DNA of 64,000 nt from Patescibacteria group bacterium (GTDB lineage Bacteria > Patescibacteriota > Microgenomatia > UBA8517). The stretch spans positions 65,919 through 129,918 of the forward strand of contig JBBRBD010000001.1 of the NCBI GenBank assembly GCA_038206135.1, given 5' to 3'. Within the stretch, counting starts at the first letter, position 1. Each line of letters starts with the position of its first letter. Both the position numbers and the translations under genes were made by a program. Below, one piece after another: positions 59,515-64,000 of the stretch. The notes under the pieces are model-generated. The model ran no database searches. It saw nothing but the letters and a program-made list of their open reading frames with translations, and was not told the origin of the DNA.

Positions 59515-59586
59515 AGCCGACGGGTGGAATTGAACCACCGACCTCTGCTTTACGAAAGCACTGCTCTACCCCTGAGCTACGTCGGC
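59515..59586 (-). tRNA. tRNA-Thr (anticodon CGU); no encoded CCA
   Basis: The reverse complement gives GCCGACG-TA-GCTC-AGGGGTA-GAGC-A-GTGCT-TTCGTAA-AGCAG-AGGTC-GGTGG-TTCAATT-CCACC-CGTCGGC-T. A TTGaTATAAT extended -10 sits just upstream on the minus strand (plus 59597-59606). Confidence 0.75.
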
Positions 59587-59653
59587 AAGTGATGCATATT
59601 ATATCAAAATTTTTCCTCTTGACATCCATATCACAAAAAAGTCATATTTAATT

Positions 59654-60196
59654 ATGACATTAAAGAAAAAGACAACTTCTTCAAAGACTGTGAAGACTAT
59701 GCCCAAAGCTAAAATTGTAAAAAACAACAATTCTCTATTCATGCTTGCACTTGCATGTGGAGTATTAGTAGCTTCGTATACTGTATTTCATCGAGTCTCT
59801 AATGTGTACCCTGCTATGAACCCCGCAACTATGCCATCTCAAAATGTTGAAATGGGAATGATGGAAGGTAATACATTAACGCTTCAACTTAACGAGCAAA
59901 ACAATTCAGGTGAATATGGAAATGCTGTATTGACTGAGGAAAATGGAAAAACAAAAGTACACATAGACATTAAAGGTGCTCCAAAAGGTATTTCTCAACC
60001 TGCACATATTCACGTTGGATCGTGTATTGCACTTGGTGATGTTAAATATCCTCTTACAAATGTTGTGAATGGAACTTCTGATACTGTTTTGAATATTAGT
60101 CTTCAGGACATGGAAAAAGAAGGTTCTTTAGCACTTAATGTTCACAAATCTGTGCCTCTTGTAAAGCAGTACGTTTCTTGCGGTAACGTAGAATAA
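59654..60196 (+). CDS. Secreted CHRD-domain protein
   Basis: N-terminal TM/signal (SLFMLALACGVLVASYTVF) and the CHRD signature QPAHIHVGSCIALGDV (AHIH-G core). Confidence 0.45.
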   Translation: MTLKKKTTSSKTVKTMPKAKIVKNNNSLFMLALACGVLVASYTVFHRVSNVYPAMNPATMPSQNVEMGMMEGNTLTLQLNEQNNSGEYGNAVLTEENGKTKVHIDIKGAPKGISQPAHIHVGSCIALGDVKYPLTNVVNGTSDTVLNISLQDMEKEGSLALNVHKSVPLVKQYVSCGNVE

Positions 60197-60259
60197 AAAG
60201 CTGTTAACTTCATATTTTCAATAAAGCCATCACTACGATATAATGTCTTGTTTGCTTAT

Positions 60260-60330
60260 GCGGGTATGGTGAAGTGGTATCACGAATCCTTCCCAAGGAT
60301 TAGTTGCGAATTCGATTTTCGCTACCCGCT
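60260..60330 (+). tRNA. tRNA-Gly (anticodon CCC); no encoded CCA
   Basis: GCGGGTA-TG-GTGA-AGTGGTA-TCAC-G-AATCC-TTCCCAA-GGATT-AGTT-GCGAA-TTCGATT-TTCGC-TACCCGC-T, with U73 discriminator as in bacterial tRNA-Gly. A TATAAT at 60239-60244 lies upstream. Confidence 0.75.
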
Positions 60331-60347
60331 CAGATCTTTTCAATCTT

Positions 60348-61013
60348 CTATCGAGGTATTTGAAGTACGTTTCCTGCATGTATCACTCCAGGATGTGAAA
60401 GCTTGTTAGCTTGTGCAATTTTAGTCCACTTATATCCATTGCCATATGCTTTTACTGCAATCTCCCAAAGGTTATCGCCATGAACTACTGTGTACGAGTC
60501 TCCTTCAATTTGAGCTGTTTTGTCAGTTCCACTTATTGCGATACCACCTTTTGTCGTTGGTGCAATAGATTCCATTGGTGTTGCTGTCACTTCACTAGTT
60601 GGTGTCTCTGTGACCATGGCAACAGGAGATGCTGAGGTTGTAGCTTCTGCAACTGCTTCAACAGTCATCGTCTTGGCACTCACCTCAGGGATTGTAAGAA
60701 CTTGTCCCTTTGTAATAATGGATGCGTCACTTAATTTATTTGCCTTTTGAATATCTACCCAGTTGTAACCAGATTTATAGTATTTTTCTGCAATAGACCA
60801 AAGTGTTTCACCTGATTGTACAGTGTGGCTTGCTGGAAGTTTGATTGCTGTTTGTTCGGTTGATGAACCTCCTGCTGGAAGTGTAGTACCAGCGTCTTCT
60901 ATATTTCTAAAGTAATTTATGACAAGAAAACCTACGATGACAATAACGGCAGCGCCTAAGAGCATGCTGATATTGTTTTCATTTAGTTTGAAACTTTTCA
61001 ATATATTCTTCAT
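60348..61013 (-). CDS. LysM-domain (two LysM repeats) membrane-anchored peptidoglycan-binding protein
   Basis: N-terminal TM, then two repeats: HTVQSGETLWSIAEKYYKSGYNWVDIQKANKLSDASIITKGQVLTIP and YTVVHGDNLWEIAVKAYGNGYKWTKIAQANKLSHPGVIHAGNVLQIP. A minus-strand promoter TTGACA (61096-61101), 16 nt, TACATT (61074-61079) lies upstream. Confidence 0.75.
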   Translation of the reverse strand: MKNILKSFKLNENNISMLLGAAVIVIVGFLVINYFRNIEDAGTTLPAGGSSTEQTAIKLPASHTVQSGETLWSIAEKYYKSGYNWVDIQKANKLSDASIITKGQVLTIPEVSAKTMTVEAVAEATTSASPVAMVTETPTSEVTATPMESIAPTTKGGIAISGTDKTAQIEGDSYTVVHGDNLWEIAVKAYGNGYKWTKIAQANKLSHPGVIHAGNVLQIPR

Positions 61014-61120
61014 GTTTAATCAAATAAACTGTCTGCTTTGATACGCAAAACAACAGTTTTACAGTTGCCCTGAATGTAAAGCAGGTGAAGTCTCTTGTCA
61101 AGAGGGGAGAAGAAAATTAC

Positions 61121-61160
61121 AAAAAAAGTTGGGTACACATAAAATACATGTGTACCCAAT
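61121..61160 (-). terminator. Strong minus-strand Rho-independent terminator
   Basis: A 13-bp inverted repeat, gttgggtacacat (61128-61140) and atgtgtacccaat (61148-61160), with loop aaaatac. The plus-strand A7 run (61121-61127) gives a U7 tail on the minus strand. There is no T-run for the plus strand. Confidence 0.6.
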
Positions 61161-61573
61161 TGGTGGTGAGCCTGCCACACAGGACCTGCGTGTTTTCTGT
61201 GTTGTGCTCTGCAGATTGGGTTACGACCAGCACTAGTAAGTCACTTGGAACCTTATCCTTACGCAGTCGGGAAGTAGTGACTTTAGCTGTCCAGCATCAG
61301 TTTGTTGAGCTTTCCGTTTAACTACACAGAAGGACAGAAACTGGCCATATCTCCATCTCAAACTGGGTAATTCTAACTCAATGAAATTCATCTTTCAAGA
61401 ATAAAAAGGTGTTTCTCAATGGATTTTTAAGACAATTCAAAAAGCTCATTGGCATTTTTGTCAAAATGCAGCGAGTTATAACATGGCGTACTGCCCACCT
61501 TATAGCGGAGATATCAAATTCGTATGAATATTATTTTCTGTTAACTGAAGTCAATGAAGAATATATTCTTCTG
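61161..61573 (-). ncRNA. Candidate structured RNA of about 410 nt co-transcribed downstream of tRNA-Asp; identity unknown
   Basis: It lies between the tRNA-Asp 3' end (61574) and the minus-strand terminator, with no minus-strand ORF of 60 aa or more. A locally GC-richer segment at 61160-61340 contains an 8-bp inverted repeat, aagtcact (61241-61248) and agtgactt (61276-61283). The only promoter seen is the one upstream of tRNA-Asp. Confidence 0.25.
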
Positions 61574-61647
61574 CGGGATGGAAGGGACTCGAACCCTCGA
61601 CCTCTTCCGTGACAGGGAAGCGCTCTAACCAACTGAGCTACCACCCC
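61574..61647 (-). tRNA. tRNA-Asp (anticodon GUC); no encoded CCA
   Basis: The reverse complement gives GGGGTGG-TA-GCTC-AGTTGGTT-AGAGC-G-CTTCC-CTGTCAC-GGAAG-AGGTC-GAGGG-TTCGAGT-CCCTT-CCATCCC-G (G73 discriminator). A minus-strand promoter TTGCTG, 17 nt, TATAAT lies at about 61662-61690. Confidence 0.8.
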
Positions 61648-61714
61648 AAAGGGGGATGCGAGTATTATACCTCAGCTTGCGCTGAGCAGCAACGATTGAG
61701 TAATATAGATAAAA

Positions 61715-63553
61715 GTGACTAAAGAAATAAACAACATATTAATTGCAGAACTCCTTCGTGATGTTGCGGCTTCATATCAGATTTTGGATGAAGACAGATA
61801 CCGTTTCCAAATTATCGCGTATCAACGTGCTGCAGATGGAATTGAAAAATTGAGCTCAGAAGTAAAGGACTATTATGATGAAAATAAACTTCATGAAATT
61901 CCTGGGGTTGGTAAAAGTATTGCAGCACACCTAAAAGAACTCTTTGAAACTGGTAAATCAACACACTTTGAAGACATGCTTGGTAAGCTACCAAAGGCAG
62001 TTTTTGTTTTGATGAAAGTTCCGGGGATTGGTCCCAAAAAAGCATTTAGGCTTTCAAATGAATTCAAATTATCAGCTGAATCTCCTCTAAAAGAATTACT
62101 CGATTTAGCTCAGAAAGATAAAATTGCGCAACTTGATGGTTTTGGAGAGGAATCACAGAAAGATATTATCGAGGGAATACAAGAATATTTAGTTAAGCCA
62201 CCTGAACGGGCGCTTCTCATCGATGCGAATGATATTGCAAACGAGCTCACAGAATGGCTTTCTGTTGTGCCTGGTGTGATTGCTGTAAATACGTTAGGAA
62301 GTTTAAGGCGACGAGCTTCAACTGTTGGAGATATTGATATTTCGGTCTCTTCATTAAATGCAGAGCCGGTATTCGATAAATTAGTACAGTTCCCTCGAAT
62401 CCACCGTGTAATTGAGCGTGGTGAGCATAGTTGCTCAATTCTTTTACCGGGTAGTGTTCAAATAGATGTTATGGTTCAACCGCCAGTTGCATATGGTTCA
62501 CTTCTACAGCATTTCACAGGTAGTAAGCATCACAATGTGGCTCTTCGTGAATACGCACTTAAGAAAAACTTAAGCCTTTCTGAGTATGGTATTAAAAGCA
62601 CAAATGCTGAGTTTAATAAAAAACATAAGGACAATTACAATGAAAGACTTAATTTGTACCAATTTTCAGACGAAGTTAAGTTTTATAACGCACTCGACCT
62701 CGACTTCGTACCTCCTGAGTTACGCGAGGATACGGGAGAAATACAATCCACGATATTACACAATTTGCCGTCACTAGTGGAATTGTCAGATATAAAGGGC
62801 GACCTTCAGATGCATTCTGATTTTGATATTGAAACAAGTCATGACATTGGTCAAAGCTCTATGCGTGAAATTTCTCATAAAGCTATAGAGATGGGATATG
62901 AATATATTGCTTTTACTGAACACAATCCAAGTCAAAAAGGACACACTCCAAACCAGATGGTGGACCTCTTGGAGAAGAAAAGAGAAGCTGTTGCGAAGTT
63001 AAATTTTGAGCTTGTGAAAACTGTGAAAAGCCAGAGTAACAAAAATACTCGAGTCTTTAAAGTATTCAATAGTTTAGAGGTAGATATACTTCCAACGGGA
63101 AGGCTTGCTGTTTCTGATCGAGCACTTGAAATTCTAGATTTTGCCTTAGTGTCAATTCACAGTAGCTTTAAGCAAAATAAAACTGTTGCAACCAGGAGAG
63201 TTTTAGAGGCGCTCTCAATTCCAAACGTAAAAATATTCGCACATCCAACTGGACGGCTGTTGAACAAGAGAGAAGGGGTAAATCTCGACTGGGATTTAAT
63301 TTTTGACTATGTTTTGAAAAACAACAAATGGATCGAAATAAATGCTGATCCACATAGACTTGATTTGCCAGACGTTTTGATAAAAGAAGCGGTGAAAAGA
63401 GGTGTGAAAATGACATTGGGTACAGATTCACATCATGTCGACGGCCTGCAAAATATGAAATACGGGGTATGGAATGCACGTCGTGGTTGGGCAGAAAAGA
63501 AAGATATTATAAATACTTCCTCCCTATCAGACTTCGAACATATGATAAGATAG
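61715..63553 (+). CDS. polX: Family X DNA polymerase (PolX) with C-terminal PHP phosphoesterase domain
   Basis: N-terminal 8-kDa/HhH region (IPGVGKSIAAHLKEL, VPGIGPKKA), the nucleotidyltransferase motif GSLRRRASTVGDIDISVSS, and PHP motifs (DLQMHSDFD, FTEHN, GTDSHH). Confidence 0.8.
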   Translation: MTKEINNILIAELLRDVAASYQILDEDRYRFQIIAYQRAADGIEKLSSEVKDYYDENKLHEIPGVGKSIAAHLKELFETGKSTHFEDMLGKLPKAVFVLMKVPGIGPKKAFRLSNEFKLSAESPLKELLDLAQKDKIAQLDGFGEESQKDIIEGIQEYLVKPPERALLIDANDIANELTEWLSVVPGVIAVNTLGSLRRRASTVGDIDISVSSLNAEPVFDKLVQFPRIHRVIERGEHSCSILLPGSVQIDVMVQPPVAYGSLLQHFTGSKHHNVALREYALKKNLSLSEYGIKSTNAEFNKKHKDNYNERLNLYQFSDEVKFYNALDLDFVPPELREDTGEIQSTILHNLPSLVELSDIKGDLQMHSDFDIETSHDIGQSSMREISHKAIEMGYEYIAFTEHNPSQKGHTPNQMVDLLEKKREAVAKLNFELVKTVKSQSNKNTRVFKVFNSLEVDILPTGRLAVSDRALEILDFALVSIHSSFKQNKTVATRRVLEALSIPNVKIFAHPTGRLLNKREGVNLDWDLIFDYVLKNNKWIEINADPHRLDLPDVLIKEAVKRGVKMTLGTDSHHVDGLQNMKYGVWNARRGWAEKKDIINTSSLSDFEHMIR

Positions 63554-63573
63554 ATAACGATGGAGGTGATTGT

Positions 63574-64000
63574 ATGGCATTATTAATAATTATTGGCCTC
63601 GTAGCTATTGTTGGCTTCTGGGGTATTTCTACTTATAACTTCTTTGTATCAAGTAAAGCTCGAATTGCTGCTGCTATTCAAGAAATTGGAAACCAGTTGA
63701 AGCGTCAAGCTGACCTAATTCCAAACTTGGAGGCTGCTGCTAAAGGGTATTTGACTCACGAAAAAGAAATTTTTGTTGCTCTTACTGATGCACGAAAAGA
63801 CGTAACCGCAGCTGTCAAATCTGGGAATATTCAAGAAATGTCTGATGCAGGAAGTAAGTTTGCACAGCTTTTGCCTCAAATTCGTGTTGCTGTTGAAAGT
63901 AATCCTGAGATTAAAGGAACGGAAGTTGTTACACCTTTAATGGACGAATTACGAGACACTGCAGACAAAATAATGTATTCTCGCAGACTGTTGATCGACT
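63574..64000 (+). CDS. lemA: LemA-family protein, 3'-partial (runs off the window)
   Basis: N-terminal TM (LLIIIGLVAIVGFWGISTYNFFV) and the LemA signature KRQADLIPNLEAAAKGYLTHEKEIFVALTDAR. An RBS GGAGGTGA sits at 63562-63569. It is absent from the ORF track because no stop falls inside the window. Confidence 0.7.
   Translation, partial: MALLIIIGLVAIVGFWGISTYNFFVSSKARIAAAIQEIGNQLKRQADLIPNLEAAAKGYLTHEKEIFVALTDARKDVTAAVKSGNIQEMSDAGSKFAQLLPQIRVAVESNPEIKGTEVVTPLMDELRDTADKIMYSRRLLID

Noticed and set aside
61085-61612. Plus-strand ORFs 61085-61321 and 61409-61612
   Set aside because: Both use GTG starts and have no RBS. The first runs straight through the 13-bp terminator hairpin, and the second overlaps tRNA-Asp on the other strand. 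The interval is better explained as a minus-strand non-coding trailer.
53273-61647. Integrative element or genomic island at the tRNA genes
   Set aside because: No integrase, recombinase, direct repeat of a tRNA 3' end or phage-like genes are present; the neighbours are glycan and cell-envelope genes.
1-64000. CRISPR arrays, transposases, toxin-antitoxin pairs and restriction-modification or other defence systems
   Set aside because: No regularly spaced repeat arrays, no nuclease/ATPase/helicase signatures and no small paired ORFs typical of toxin-antitoxin loci were seen. The unusual content here is glycosylation, cell-wall and ncRNA related.

Overview
This is a low-GC (about 35-37%), very compact window on which nearly every gene shares start/stop codons (ATGA overlaps) with its neighbour. 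The gene content (SEDS proteins, dcw cluster, L21/L27, ParB, LepB, GlyQS of the alpha2 type, many GT-C membrane glycosyltransferases) and the genome style look like a small-genome Patescibacteria/CPR-type bacterium. That taxonomic call is an inference from gene content, not a search result.

The window holds three main blocks:
(1) 1-24.8 kb is one same-strand, translationally coupled glycosylation super-operon of more than 22 genes. It opens with two paralogous giant YfhO-like GT-C membrane proteins (the first is 5'-truncated by the window edge) joined by two coupled micro-ORFs. These are followed by six GT2, six GT4 and four more GT-C/PMT-like membrane glycosyltransferases, a SAM methyltransferase, a hexapeptide acetyltransferase, an O-antigen-ligase-like protein and a ManC-like mannose-1-P guanylyltransferase. 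A large exported protein, a short RecO, a coiled-coil protein and glyQS come next.
(2) 31.8-49.1 kb is a rearranged dcw (division/cell wall) cluster: mraZ with a triple TGGTGA operator, rsmH, ftsL-like, ftsI and ddl on the plus strand, then murF (carrying an N-terminal membrane domain) and an alpha/beta hydrolase on the minus strand. A C39-like and an M15-like peptidase gene pair and murE follow on the plus strand, murD lies on the minus strand, and mraY, ftsW, murG, ftsQ, ftsA and ftsZ are on the plus strand.
(3) 49.1-64 kb opens with a 970-nt ORF-free region that has a strong promoter, two intrinsic terminators and internal direct repeats; it probably encodes ncRNA(s). After it come rodA, rplU, rpmA, parB and lepB, then four tRNA genes (Val-CAC, Thr-CGU, Gly-CCC, Asp-GUC). 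These are interleaved with a second Wzx/Wzy-type glycan locus, a CHRD-domain protein and a LysM protein. A roughly 410-nt structured trailer is co-transcribed with tRNA-Asp, and the window closes with PolX and a 3'-truncated LemA.

No CRISPR array, integrase, transposase or toxin-antitoxin pair was seen. All protein calls rest on motifs I recognised by eye; no database search was run.
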